DNA from: Lama glama
Lineage: Eukaryota
Reading direction: 5' to 3'
Length of the DNA stretch: 64,000 bases
Assembly (NCBI GenBank): GCA_028534125.1
Contig: CM052818.1
Span: forward strand, 37,884,001 to 37,948,000
The translations under genes and the position numbers were made by a program. Numbering within the stretch: position 1 is the stretch's first letter; every line of letters begins with the position of its first letter. The notes beneath the pieces were generated by a model. That model was given only the letters and a program-made list of their open reading frames with translations, ran no database searches and had not been told where the DNA came from. This document shows, piece after piece, positions 38,733 to 50,860 of the stretch.

Positions 38733-40619
38733 ACTGATGAGCTGATAGAGTGTATTACTCCTGCTTTGCAGATGGCTAAAGGGATTAAGCAAATATCTTT
38801 GCTGCGGCATGAGGCTGAGCATTCGTATTCATTTATAAAGTTAGGGAAGTCACTGAAGAGAAAGAGAAATCATGCAACTGGAATGGAGAAGAAAAGCTCC
38901 AATTATAGCTCCAGAATTGGCTGCCACCTTTCGTGTTAACAGAGTGTGCACGTTTCTCAGAAGTGACACCTGCATTGTCTATTGGGAAACATTTAATCCC
39001 TGAAGCTGTATTAAGGAGGCTGCTGAGCACACGAGTGAACAGAAATGATGTCAGTTCTTTCTGTGATGGAAGAAGCTGCAGTAATTTCAGTAGGAGCCTA
39101 GCAGAAGTTCTGTGGACCTCTCTTAGTTTGATTCCAGCTGCCCTGTACCATCCTGCCCCATCTGCCCCTGCAGAATACCTGGAAATGGCAAAAACATATG
39201 ACTGTTTGAATGGAGATGTAGTTTTGATGGTCCCGCTGTCCTTTCGATATACCTCCATCCATGATTGGATTAGCTCGGGTCTCTTCTGCTCTGAGGGAAG
39301 GCATGTTGTTTCACTTAATGTAGTAAAGCCAGGGACTAAATTCTGCTATGTGCCTGTGGCTGGATCTGGGGGCATATGGGGAATGTTTGTGGAATGAATG
39401 ACAGCGTGTTTACAAAAACACCCTTTTTTCTCAAGGTCACTTATCCAACAGCCTCACCTATACAGACCACAGCTAAGCATTAGGAAAAACAAATTTTTTT
39501 TTCCTGAATAGTCAGAATGGAGGCAGCAATGAGGCCCCAGATTAAAATCTGTGCTTTATCCGAAGGACATGCTTTTGGGCTTTCATGTAACATCTAACGT
39601 CCCATCCTTATTTTTGTCCCCAGTAATTGTCACGGTGCTTGGAACGTAGTTGGTGCCCAATATAGGAATGTCGCATCAAGAAAGCGTTTTGTGAAAAAAA
39701 TAAAAATAAAAAAAGAACATTTTGTGCATGTTGTGCATGTTGAGAGATTTCGATCTGAAAATGCTGAATGTGCTTAATGTTTGGGCACTTAAAAACCTAA
39801 GTTTTGATGATCTGATAAAGTTGCTCATGTAGTAGCTGATTCTCTTGTGATTCCAGAAAAATGTAGCGGTTTTATCTTTTCCAGTCTGCGTCACTGACTT
39901 GCCCAGATCAAGAGACGATCTGGGTTGCTCAGCCTGCTGCTGAGTTGGCCACGAGAGTGAAGAGTCAAGACAGATGCAGATGCTAACAGGACACTGACAC
40001 CTTTTCAGATAACTGACTTCATCTGTCTGCCTGTTTACAGAGAGAGCTGATTATCAGCCTTGTGCAAATGCAGGGGAACCGATCTGATCTCCGTGATGTT
40101 TTACACCACAGGCAGAGTCATCTTTCTATCCAGCATCCACTCAGCCAGGCAGGAAATATAATTAAGCTTTCATGCGTATTCCCGCAGCACCCTGCACAGT
40201 CATTCAATCATTAAGAGGAGAAAATGAGTCGGTGTCACCAATGCCGGCTTGTTTGAGGACACTACCTAAGAACCTAAGAACTCTGGGAGGCAGGAAAGGA
40301 GTGTAAGGAAGATGACACACGGGTGTATATAGTGCGTTTCTTAGGGGAGTCATAGAGGGGCTGAAAGGCGATCGTGTGCAAGGATTCTGCAACACACATA
40401 AAATGTATGTAGTCAGATAAACAGAAGCCAGAGAATTTTTATTAGGAACGCTTAAACTCAACATGGAACTGCTTAAAAGAGTGCAAAGTGCGTGGCAGTG
40501 GTCAGTATTGCCATAGTGTGGTAACTGCTGGTTAGGCTGAACCTGGAGTGACAAGGGACGTGACTGAGGACATCTACAGGAGCCACAAATACAAAGAAAT
40601 GTTATTGAAATAACAAACG

Positions 40620-40785
40620 TGAGACCTGACTTGCCAATTCCAGTTTTGTTGTTTACTGTGTGAACTTAAGCAAGTAATTTAAGCATTAGAGCATCAATTT
40701 TCTCATCCATAAAATGCATGCGCTAATACCTAATCATAATATTGTTGTGCAGATCAAGTCATACAACGCAACGTACTTAAAAACA
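40620..40785 (+). mobile_element. MIR SINE
   Basis: 'tgtgtgaacttaagcaagtaatttaa...tcaattttctcatccataaaatg'. Confidence 0.8.
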
Positions 40786-40839
40786 CATGGGCTGCTTAGG
40801 CTTCAGTGTGCTGTTCTGAGTTGTGCAGACCTTTTGTAG

Positions 40840-41085
40840 TAGTTATTCCCAGAATGGGCTCCATGAAACACTAGTTCTACCAAATGTAAAAAAAAAAAAA
40901 AAATACAGGGACATAAATTTAGAAAGCACCACAGACTAGATCCTCTTTTTGATAAATATAACACATGCTAGAACTGGAAAGGCTCTTAAAAAGGCCTGAA
41001 GTTAAAACAGTAACAGTTACAATGACCATAAAAACGCCTGTATGGTTGTTCGGCATTTCATAAATGTATTTGACAACAGGCCTTG
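40840..41085. mobile_element. hAT-Charlie-type DNA transposon fragment (subfamily uncertain)
   Basis: 'ttcccagaatgggctccatgaaacactagttc', 'aaaggctcttaaaaaggcctgaag', 'gcatttcataaatgtatttgac'. Confidence 0.5.
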
Positions 41086-41279
41086 TATTTCTTGTATTTA
41101 AGCCTTATTAATATGTCTGAGTGGTCGCTGATTGTGACTAATACGTTACAGAATTATGTCATAAATTATGTTGTGGGAAGAATCAACTTTGTCCAAATTC
41201 TTTAGTTTCTAGGAATAAATCTCTACCCTTCGCCGGGTCACGGCCCTTACCACAGGACACTTCCTGGCACGTTGCACGG

Positions 41280-41452
41280 GGTCTCGGCCCCACATTGCAG
41301 TCAGCTGGGGTGCTTCAAAAATCCCGGATGCTTGGATGCTTGAGTCCCATTCCTAGAGGTTCTCAAAAAATTGGTGCAGGTTGTGGCCTGAGGACATTGC
41401 TTAGAACACCTGAGGTTAATTCCAAAACGCAGCCCAAGTTTAAGACCTAGGT
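41280..41452. mobile_element. MER5A1/MER5-like element
   Basis: 'cacattgcagtcagctggggtgcttcaaaaat...gatgcttgagtcccattcctagaggttct...aattggtgcaggttgtggcctg'. Confidence 0.7.
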
Positions 41453-41859
41453 GGTCCCGGGGCTGTTATTTCTAACACTGTTGACATCGTTTTCATTCAG
41501 ATTAGAGAGTTGGCCTGAAGTCGTTCTTACAAAGCTCAGGGTGATGATAAACACTCAGTGATCATGAACAGTATCCTTCATTCTTTTAATAATCCTATTC
41601 TGGCCATAAGGGCAGTGTCCATGTTCAGCATGTGCTGCCCAGCCTTCACTCCTGACCACTCCAGTTCTCCAAGCTCTTTTGTTTCTCCGAACTGTGACTC
41701 ACCTGATTGTTTTTTACTATGCAGAATAGCAGGTGCATATGTGTACTGCCCAGTGAGTCACTTTTGGGCATGTGTCTAGCTCACTCCTCCCTCCACCTAA
41801 GCTGAAAACATGAGCTCATAAACACCACAGGCACCGGCTACGGACATGGAAAGGCCAAG

Positions 41860-42110
41860 ACAGCATCACACGGAAGAAAGAACAAGAGCTTCGGAGTAAG
41901 ACAGATGTGAGTGTAAACACCAATCCGTCTTCTTATCAATGGTATGGTCTTGGACGGTTTCTTTAATTTCTCTGAGCTCAATTTCCTCATCTATAGATTA
42001 GGACTGATTAATACTGACCTGGATGAGCTGTTACAAAGATCAGTGGGTTAAGATCCACAAAGTTGGTAGACCAAGGCATGGCACAGAGATAATGAAAGGA
42101 AGCTTTTATT
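41860..42110 (+). mobile_element. MIR SINE (near full length)
   Basis: 'agagcttcggagtaagacagatgtgagt...ctttaatttctctgagctcaatttcctcatctata...ggcatggcacagag'. Confidence 0.85.
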
Positions 42111-43149
42111 ACAGTCCATGCTCACTATTTTGAGACCTTACCTGATTGCACCTGCACGTGTACTGAGCAGGACCCCTGACTCCCTGGCGTGTAATCTTGC
42201 AAAATTCACATCTCCAGGCCCAGCAAAAAGACTCATAGGATTTTGCACAAAGTGGATTTCCCTGAATTTATTATTTCTCTGCTATTAAAAAAAAAGAATT
42301 GAGAGGGTAAAGTAATGGGGCCACATTAATACATGAAAGTAGAGAGGAAATTTATTACCCTTCTACCTAAGTAATGTCTCTAAATAGAAATAAATCTCAG
42401 GAAATTTTACTTCAGTTGGACTTGAAGGTATTTCCAGTAAATATCCTTAGAGGCCAAGAGAGAGATAACTGGTAACTTATTATCCATGCTAATGAAAACT
42501 ATAAAGAAACTGCCTTTAATAACACAGGGAGCCTGTGGGGCACGAAGTGGGTTGATGCAGGACCTCAGAGGTTCAGCGCGCTGGCTGGGCGTCTGTGTCA
42601 GACCAAAGGATATCCCCCTTTGACATTCGCGCTGATCAGTCATTACCTTCCCTTCTGTCGGCGGCCCATCAGCACCACTGACGTGCTCTGTTTCTGTTTT
42701 CTTTGGGCCTTGTTGTATCACCCTGGGTTATCTGCATGGCCGTGCTCCCTAGACTGGAACTGAGGTTGCGTGTAACGCAGTGGCTTATGGTCTTACTCTC
42801 TTAGCTGCCCACACAGAAGAGACCTGTCCTCCATGTGGCCACACAGAGTTGGGAGCAAAGGTTATCAGGGAGAGAGGCAGCACGGACCAGGGAGACAGGC
42901 AGCTACTGAATAAACCTCAGGTCACGGTCACGTCGCAGCACGCCAGGATCTGTTATTGCCTGGTGAGTTAGTCCCTGCTTCTCTGAGGTCTTGATCTGGG
43001 GGCTCTGGCCGCTTCCCGAAGCCATCCGGCCAGAGAGTAAGATCGGAGTCCCAGCACCGCCAGCAGATGGGGTTTGGCATCTTCACCAGGGCATCCAGGA
43101 TCAGCGGTCCCTGGTGGCTCTCACTCAGCTTCCGCTATACAACATGCAC

Positions 43150-43290
43150 CCTAGTCTGTTCTCCAGGGAATATGCCACACTTGCATTTCAGGATAAAAAA
43201 GGTGGGGGGTGTTGATGCATGTTTAGCACAGTGTCTGGCAAACATTTAACGCTCTATAAGGTTAGCTGTTACTCTATGATTATTGTTATC
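43150..43290 (+). mobile_element. MIR 3' fragment
   Basis: 'gtttagcacagtgtctggcaaacatttaacgctctataaggttagctgtt'. Confidence 0.65.
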
Positions 43291-44699
43291 ATGAAACAAT
43301 AGGACAAGAGGGTAATAGTAATTGACAAAAAAGGTTGAGTAAGACAAAAACATTGCAAAGGTCATTGGCTTGACCATATGAAGGTCATTGGTAGCCAGAT
43401 GGGAGCACTTCTAGCAAAGTGCACTGAGTGGTGAACGGAAGGGGCAGAAACTGAACAGAGAGTGTGAAACCTGTCAAGAGATTCGCATGGAAAGGACTGG
43501 CAAGGGGCTAGGCTGCAGCTACAGAGGGCACACTGGGTCGGTAGTCATTTCTGTTTTTCTCACTCAGCGCGGGGCGCACCATGTGATAATACTGAAATCT
43601 GCAAGAGCCCCAGCTCTCCGGCATCTCCCACTTTGTCGTCTTGCCTGCTTGCTGTCTCTGCAGCATTCGTGGCTTGCCTGGTATCTAGGCGTCTTCCAAG
43701 AGCAAGACCTTCCAGGACGATTGAATATTCTTGTTTAAATTGCTGGTCCAAAGGAAGGATGTAGGAAATCAATGGAATAATGTGTTTTCCCCCCATAATC
43801 TGTATGCACACTTGTGACCTTGAGCTGAAACATTAGCACCCTTTTCTTTCTGAAGTTATGACTCATTTAATCACCTTTTTGGAGACTGAGAGGGAGTAGG
43901 TAGACTCATTTAGCAGAAGCTTGATGGCCAGAGTCTGAAGAAAGTTCTGGAGCTGCTTATAAGGCTTATGTTCTAAGGGATGACCAAACAGAGGGTGCTT
44001 GACTCTGCGAGGGAACCAGTTTCTTTCCCTGGAAAATGACTCGGCTGCATTCTACTTAGAATTGGCCCTTCCAGAGGCTACCTGTTCTCTGTGTGAGGAC
44101 TTCAGTCTTCTTAAAAAAGATTCCTAAAAGCCTTTAAAGCTCAGATTTAAAAAAAAAAAAAACGTTATGTCTTCAAATCATTTCTAGTCTATTTGTGTCG
44201 TCGCTTTGTTTTTGTCAGTTTTTAAAAGAATATTACAAATTGACAGTTGGTCCTTAAAAGTAAGTCTTTGATCATCTCTTCTCCCTGAAGGCCCTTAAAT
44301 ACATTCAGATTCATTTTCTGAATTTCCTCAGGGTTTATTTCCTAATAGTCTCTCCCATTAAGTGTGTTAGGGATTCTTTTCTCCTTTCCTTGGCTACATT
44401 TGCGTTGTTCCCTTATTGACGAAATAACCATTGAAGGCAAATCAGCAGTTGGGCTTAAGATCATACATGTGAATCCTGGGACTCCGTGATTATCCAGAGC
44501 TGGCTCGTTGGGACGATTGGCAGTGCATCATCTTCCCCTGCTTTGAGAAGATAGCGTGACCTAGACTTCAGACTTCACATTGATAAACATCTATGAAAAG
44601 TTGTTTTCGTTTTTTGTTGTTGTTTTAAATTAAGATGGTGTGCTCTTTTAAACTCTGCAAGCTCTCTATTGCCAGCTACACACACTGGCATACCAAAAA

Positions 44700-45060
44700 A
44701 AAAGTATCTTACAGCCAAGTCCTAACGCACTTTTCTAGCATCATCTTTTGGGATTTTCTAAATCTGTGTTCTAACCTATGGTCACGCATATTTTCCATGA
44801 ATTTACACATGCTATTTCCTCTGCCTGGAGGTCCGTAGGTCCACACCTATATCTATTTGGAAATCACTCCTGATCATTTTGTCTAATTCAGACATGAACT
44901 CTTCTGTAAAATTTCTGGCAAATCCCTCCATAGAAATCCCATGTATATCTTCCTGTTCTACAAGTTGTATTACATTGATTTTAACTGGTTAGCTTCACTC
45001 ACTGGGGGCATCTTACATTCGTATCTGATTCTCTTGTAAATAATTAATAAATGAAATGTT
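44700..45060 (+). mobile_element. L2 fragment
   Basis: 'tttacacatgctatttcctctgcctggag' is a typical L2 motif. Confidence 0.55.
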
Positions 45061-45497
45061 TACATTGTTTATTGCCTACCCCAAGTAATGTGGTCATATT
45101 ATTTCCAAATTTCCAAAGCTGGTTTAAAAACTGATAGTCATCAATTAATCCTTGATTAACTGACAGCATCCCAGGTCCTCCCATAGGAGCTTCATCTTCT
45201 TATTTGAAGTCTTTGATTTATATTAGAGAATCTCCATGGCCTTAAGAGAAATCAGAATGTGAATGCTTAGATTTCAGTTTCTTGGAAGTATAGATGCTCC
45301 CAAATGGAGATTTGGGAGGGAAAAAAAAATGTAGTGCTTATCTGTTTCATCCTATTTTTGTGAAATATGGGAAGAATCAAAGAATGGGCAAGTGGTTGGT
45401 CCCAAGCCAAGCTGTGATCTGGAATCAGATCCAGGACTAGAATGTAGGTCTCCTGATCAACATTTCTAGTATTACTGAAAATAAAATTAAATTAAGA

Positions 45498-45680
45498 TAT
45501 CTGAGTCCCATTTTTGGCTCTGCCATCCCATAGTAAACTCTGAATTTTGGTCTCTTCATCTGCAAAATGAGTAAAACTATACCTATATTTTAAGAGTGTT
45601 GTGAGAATTAGATGTGAAAACGGAGAGGCAAGGAACATCGTGTGAATCACCTCACAATATGTTTATCATAATTTTTATTA
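45498..45680 (+). mobile_element. MIR SINE
   Basis: 'ggctctgcca...tctcttcatctgcaaaatgag...gtgttgtgagaattagatg'. Confidence 0.75.
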
Positions 45681-47588
45681 CAAAATTAATTCTACTTAAT
45701 GGTTTGGTGGCAGATGAAGAACGCTGTAGGTCACCACTCTGGCTGAACTCCCCTGGCTCTGCTGCCTCCGGAATGAGAGAATTTTCTCGTGGAGTAATGC
45801 TGGCAGCTTGTCAGGAACATGCCTTCATGCTCCTCTGGTTGCACCAGGCACCACTCAAAGCAGATGTATTTAGATGATTGGATTTCAGCCATTTCAAGGG
45901 AGGAGGAAGAAAGGTCCAGAGTGCAGCGGTGGAGTGTTTTCCAGGGATCAGATTATTCACAAGGGTCTCATACCATCCTGGTAAGCAGTCCAAGCGACCC
46001 TGCTCGCACCCAACCAAGCCTCCACCCTGCCCATCAGGATTGTTTAGCCACTCTGTGGCTGAGAAATACATGTCCACAGATGGCAGCAAGGGTGGGACGT
46101 ATACGCCTCCATGGCTTTCTGTGCTCTGTAGAGGGGGGTGGGGAGCTTAGCAGATGAGCACAAAAATGCGCCATGTACAAAACCTAGTTGGCAATCTTAC
46201 GTGTAGTTCAGTGACCCACTTCTACCACTCTGCACCTAGACTAGGATTTACTGTATTGATATACATCATATGTGTGTGTGTGTATGTGAATAGCATAGAG
46301 GTAAGATGGTCTCCTACGCGAGCAGCATTGTATTTGCCTCTGCACTCACCTGGCAGAGATCCCAACCCCTCCGTACCCTGCAGACTGCAGGTCGTCTTTA
46401 ATCATCTCTGTCCAGACTGCTAATACTGTCAAATGCATATACACCTTATGTGTGTATATGTTAGATAAAGCTTCCAAAGTCATTGCCTGATGGAGAGAGC
46501 CACTGCTTGGTGGATACCTTGATATCCTCTTATTAATAAGATGCCCAAAGCTCAGATTAACTCCCTAAGACTTGGGAGATTGCCTCAATAGGCTTTTCTG
46601 AAAATCAGCATTATAACTACTGGTCACCCTTTAGCCACCCATTTTGAAATTTGGATATAAAAACGATCCCATTTTCTTGCTCTGTTTCATTTCCCCTCGT
46701 GTCTCTATTATCACGAAGGGACACCCAGACTTATCCGCCTTAATAGTGTATTTCATTGTTTTCCACAAGGACTGGAGATAAATGGATTTGCAAAGAAAAA
46801 TGGAATTGGATTTTTCTCCTTCTTTTGATAACTTAGTAGGAATTCCAAAATTATTACTTGAGAGATTTTCCTCACTGTGACTAGATTATTGTCCGTGCTA
46901 CAATTTAATTTCTCTTGCCTATATCAGCATTTTTTAAAAAAGAGATGACGATTGAAGGATACGCTGTGTTCACTCTCTCTGGATCTGAAGAAAAAGAGGT
47001 GAACAAGTTCCTGCTCGTTAAAAGTGTGTGCTGGAGGGAGTGAGGTACTGGTGGGTCATTCTTTTGATTGTTAATTTTGTGGTAAGCAAGCTGTGTCCTA
47101 TGGCAACTCGTGTCTGATTCACTATCACTTTGGACATTTAAATGTTAGTTATCTTGGTTTTTTAAATTATCGTGTGGGACTTCTCCATGCCCAGTGCCCG
47201 AGACATAAGCCATTACTGAGACTGAGTCCAAAAAGATACTGCAGCTCCTATTTCTTGCCTGGTGGCAGGATGCACACTTCACAGAGAATCCCAAAGAGCT
47301 GGTTGGTAGTGTTTTCCAGTCTGCTGGATTATTAGCGGAAGAAGCCACAGAATGAGGAGTTAAAAGAGACTGGAAACTTATACGTGACGAAGCAGGGAAA
47401 TAAGAGCCAGAAGAGGGGGTGAGGAGGCACTAAAGGGGCCACAGAGAGGTTGGCCTGTTAGATTCTGGCTGGGATAGCTGGGCACATAAGGGCAGGGAAT
47501 TGGCTGGAAAGCTGGCTGGCCCGACAAAGCCCATTTATGCAAAAATCGCCTTCTTGATAATGAATTTTAACGGACCTCCCCCCACTTC

Positions 47589-47618
47589 GTGTGTGTATGT
47601 GTGTATGTGTGTGTGTGT
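47589..47618. repeat. Imperfect (TG)n microsatellite
   Basis: Seen directly. Confidence 0.9.
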
Positions 47619-47910
47619 CTCATGACTTATTAAATAGATTAGCTCCATTGATTTTTACTTTGAGATTTCCAGGCAATCACACAATACTTGAATTTTTCAA
47701 TCCTGTCGCTACATTATATGTTAATAAAAACCAATAGCAAACATTTAAAAAGTTTTCCTAGATTAGGACCCTTCCAAGAATCAATAATCTCATTGACATG
47801 GTTCAAAAAGCTATCAATTCTATGAGGACCACTAATGGCTGCAGAAAGCATGCATGTAAACACCGCCAGAAAAATCAATGTTCTCTCTGAGTCATCGACA
47901 ATTCTTGATG

Positions 47911-48410
47911 NNNNNNNNNNNNNNNNNNNNNNNNNNNNNNNNNNNNNNNNNNNNNNNNNNNNNNNNNNNNNNNNNNNNNNNNNNNNNNNNNNNNNNNNNN
48001 NNNNNNNNNNNNNNNNNNNNNNNNNNNNNNNNNNNNNNNNNNNNNNNNNNNNNNNNNNNNNNNNNNNNNNNNNNNNNNNNNNNNNNNNNNNNNNNNNNNN
48101 NNNNNNNNNNNNNNNNNNNNNNNNNNNNNNNNNNNNNNNNNNNNNNNNNNNNNNNNNNNNNNNNNNNNNNNNNNNNNNNNNNNNNNNNNNNNNNNNNNNN
48201 NNNNNNNNNNNNNNNNNNNNNNNNNNNNNNNNNNNNNNNNNNNNNNNNNNNNNNNNNNNNNNNNNNNNNNNNNNNNNNNNNNNNNNNNNNNNNNNNNNNN
48301 NNNNNNNNNNNNNNNNNNNNNNNNNNNNNNNNNNNNNNNNNNNNNNNNNNNNNNNNNNNNNNNNNNNNNNNNNNNNNNNNNNNNNNNNNNNNNNNNNNNN
48401 NNNNNNNNNN
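47911..48410. other. Assembly gap (500 N)
   Basis: Run of N; the long X-containing ORFs here are artefacts. Confidence 0.99.
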
Positions 48411-49859
48411 GGATGAACCCCCACAATTTGAGAGCATTTTAGCCAAGTCTTGAGTTGCTGGACAAGCACTGCGCTTCGGCTCACCCTCCAGGTTTTAGAC
48501 AGAAAACCGATAGATTCTGGGATAGGTTTCCCTTGTCACACTGCAGGTTTTGTACAGGACTGAAATGAATCAACAAACACAAAGGCAGTTTGACAATTTC
48601 CAAGTCCTTTAATAGAAAGATATTTTACTGCACAAAGGCTGTTACTATGTCAGGAGCCTTCACTCCTGCCTGTCATCTGGCTGGCCCTCTGCTTTTCTTT
48701 AGCCAGGCTAACAGCTGGACTGATGCGTGGCATCGTAAGTAGAATTCGCTGGCATTGTGTGGGTCACGGCAAGTACGAGCTGTCAGCCTTCTTTATCTCG
48801 AAGAAAACGGACCATCTTGAAGGAGGAACACATCCAGATTCCAAGGCACTTGCTTCAGTGTCACCACCAGCCCACCAGCTTTTAGGGGATCTTGAGTTTA
48901 CGATTATCAGTGCTTCTCTTTCCTTTTGCTCCTCAGCCCTGGTGGTTAAGAAATAATGGAAGGTACAAGGCTAAGCCTGGGCTGGAATGATTCCTACCTG
49001 GCCGGGAGGATTCTGTCTGGTGCCTGTCTGCTCTTAGCAGTCTTAGAAAATAGTATGAAATGTGGAAAGGAAGATCAAGAGGCCTGGGACTTGGTTTTGG
49101 ACAGAGGAATAAGGAAAAAGATGTAAATCATATGCCAATCAGAAAAAATACTTAGTTTTTTTACATAATATCCATGACACCAGGCAGCAACTGAGAAATC
49201 TTGAGTGACACTGGGATATTACTGGGCCCAGCCCAAAGTAACCACTGGAGGCCCCCTATAGGTAGCTCTGTAAACCCAAAGATCACTTCTGCCTGCCTTT
49301 CTGACAGCTGTCCCAGGGTTACACAGCCTTCTAAAGCCTTTACAATACCAGATCTGCCAGTTAACCACTGCCCCTATCCCCAGTGAAGGAGATGCATCTG
49401 TCCTGGGTAGCGCTGTCTGGGGAACAAGGGCCTTTGTCTCGGCTAAAATGAAAAACAAATGCAAGACTTGTCACACAGTAGCAGAAACAATTCAGTGACA
49501 GTGGCTGTTTGTGCCAACTCCTCGATCCCAGCCCGTTTGACCACCAGCTGATGTTCATAGATCTAAGCAGTCAAGTAAGACTCAAAAAGTAAGAAAAGAG
49601 GGGGAAGAAAAGGAAACAGACAAGAAAAATTGCTATCCTTAGTAATAGGTAAGAATCATGCAATCAATTCAAATGTAACTGGTAAACCCAGTTACCCTTC
49701 CTCTTCTGGAGGAAGAGACCTGGACCATTTTCAAAGTCTTGTTTATGCATGCCCACAGGAAGCCGTGTTATAAATATCCCCTGATGCACCTTTTTGAGCA
49801 GCTGGCCAGTCCCAGGGAGTTTCAAACATTAAACATTAATTTCCCCACCTTCTGGCTCT

Positions 49860-50860
49860 TTCTACGCTGCGTCCTCTGCTCTCACTCTCCAGGCAGAAAG
49901 AAACCGGGCTCTGAGTTGCGTTGCGGAAAGACAAAAGTGTTTCTGCGGCTTGCACGTATTCCGTCCAGGGAAGCAGCACAGACTTCGGGTGCTTGGGGGA
50001 GCCATCTGTAGCTCTCGAGGCGATGAAACTGGGCTGGGAACGCAGCGCTTTCTGGCCGCTCTGTTTCCAGCTGGAAAGACCACTGAGGAAGCCGATCTCA
50101 CAGCACTTGCTGCAAAATTGCCTCTATCCATCCCATCTGGTGTTTTCCAGTGATGGAGAGCTGCCTGAAACATCCCAGAGACTGAGGAAGGAGCTGCCAG
50201 GGATCCCCCCAGAGAGGCGTGGGGGACGTGTGTTTTCCAGGTGAATCATGGAACGCTTGCCTCGAGCCTGCCCTGCGCGGGCGGGCGCCCTGAGCCCGGG
50301 GCACGGGTCTGAGCAGCCCGGGTGGGAGGAGGGAGGGGCGGGCACAGCTAGACCAGGAGAAGGGAAGCTGGAACCCACGCAGCTGCTTTTGAAGTATGCA
50401 AATCATACACCAAACCCTCCTCCATGAAATCACCAAGCCAACCACAGCCACTCTTAGTTTCAAGAACTTGGATGTCATCGGACTGAGATAAAATAGAAAT
50501 CTCAAAGGTGTCCAAACAAGAAAGCCTAATAATGCCCTGGGGATTGTGAGGGAAGGAAAAAAAAAAATGAAGAGGCGCTGAGGATTGAGAAAGGAAATCC
50601 AGCAAGAAAGTGCGGGCAGTGCCGTCTGGGGAACAGGGCCCTCCGTCCCCGTCCACTGTTGATCAAGGTGCGCGGGGGACCAAAGCAGAGGCACGGTGTG
50701 CTCTCTGTGTGTTTTTCCATCACTTTCTTCCAGTGTGTTCCCACTGAACCAAAGGCTCCGCGTGGCCCGCCGACAAGGTCCTTTACCCTCCTTTTATCCC
50801 GCCGGTTCTCCAGACTTGTCATTATTTCCCAAGCCCCACGGGTTGGGCCTCTTTTCATCT
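49860..50860. promoter_or_regulatory. CpG/GC-rich candidate promoter or strong enhancer
   Basis: Visibly the most CpG-dense non-repeat block. GC box GGGGCGGG 50335-50342, E-box CAGCTG 50380, octamer ATGCAAAT 50396, RUNX AACCACA 50440, NFAT-type TTTTCCA 50143/50233/50713, GAGGAAG 50085/50184. Confidence 0.55.

Noticed and set aside
38833..39397. Overlapping 141-aa and 154-aa ORFs on opposite strands
   Set aside because: No recognisable domain or convincing splice context, and the 3' part ends in an L2-like tail (tgtggaatgaatga). Probably chance ORFs.
46070..46088. CTCF-like TCCACAGATGGCAGCA
   Set aside because: The 3' core fits but there are three mismatches in the 5' CCASY part.
47714..48484. 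Longest ORFs in the track (183-256 aa)
   Set aside because: They are open only because they cross the 500-N gap; the same applies to the ORFs at 16938-17256.
50098..50694. 198-aa minus-strand ORF
   Set aside because: Runs through the GC-rich regulatory block and a homopolymer; no recognisable homology.
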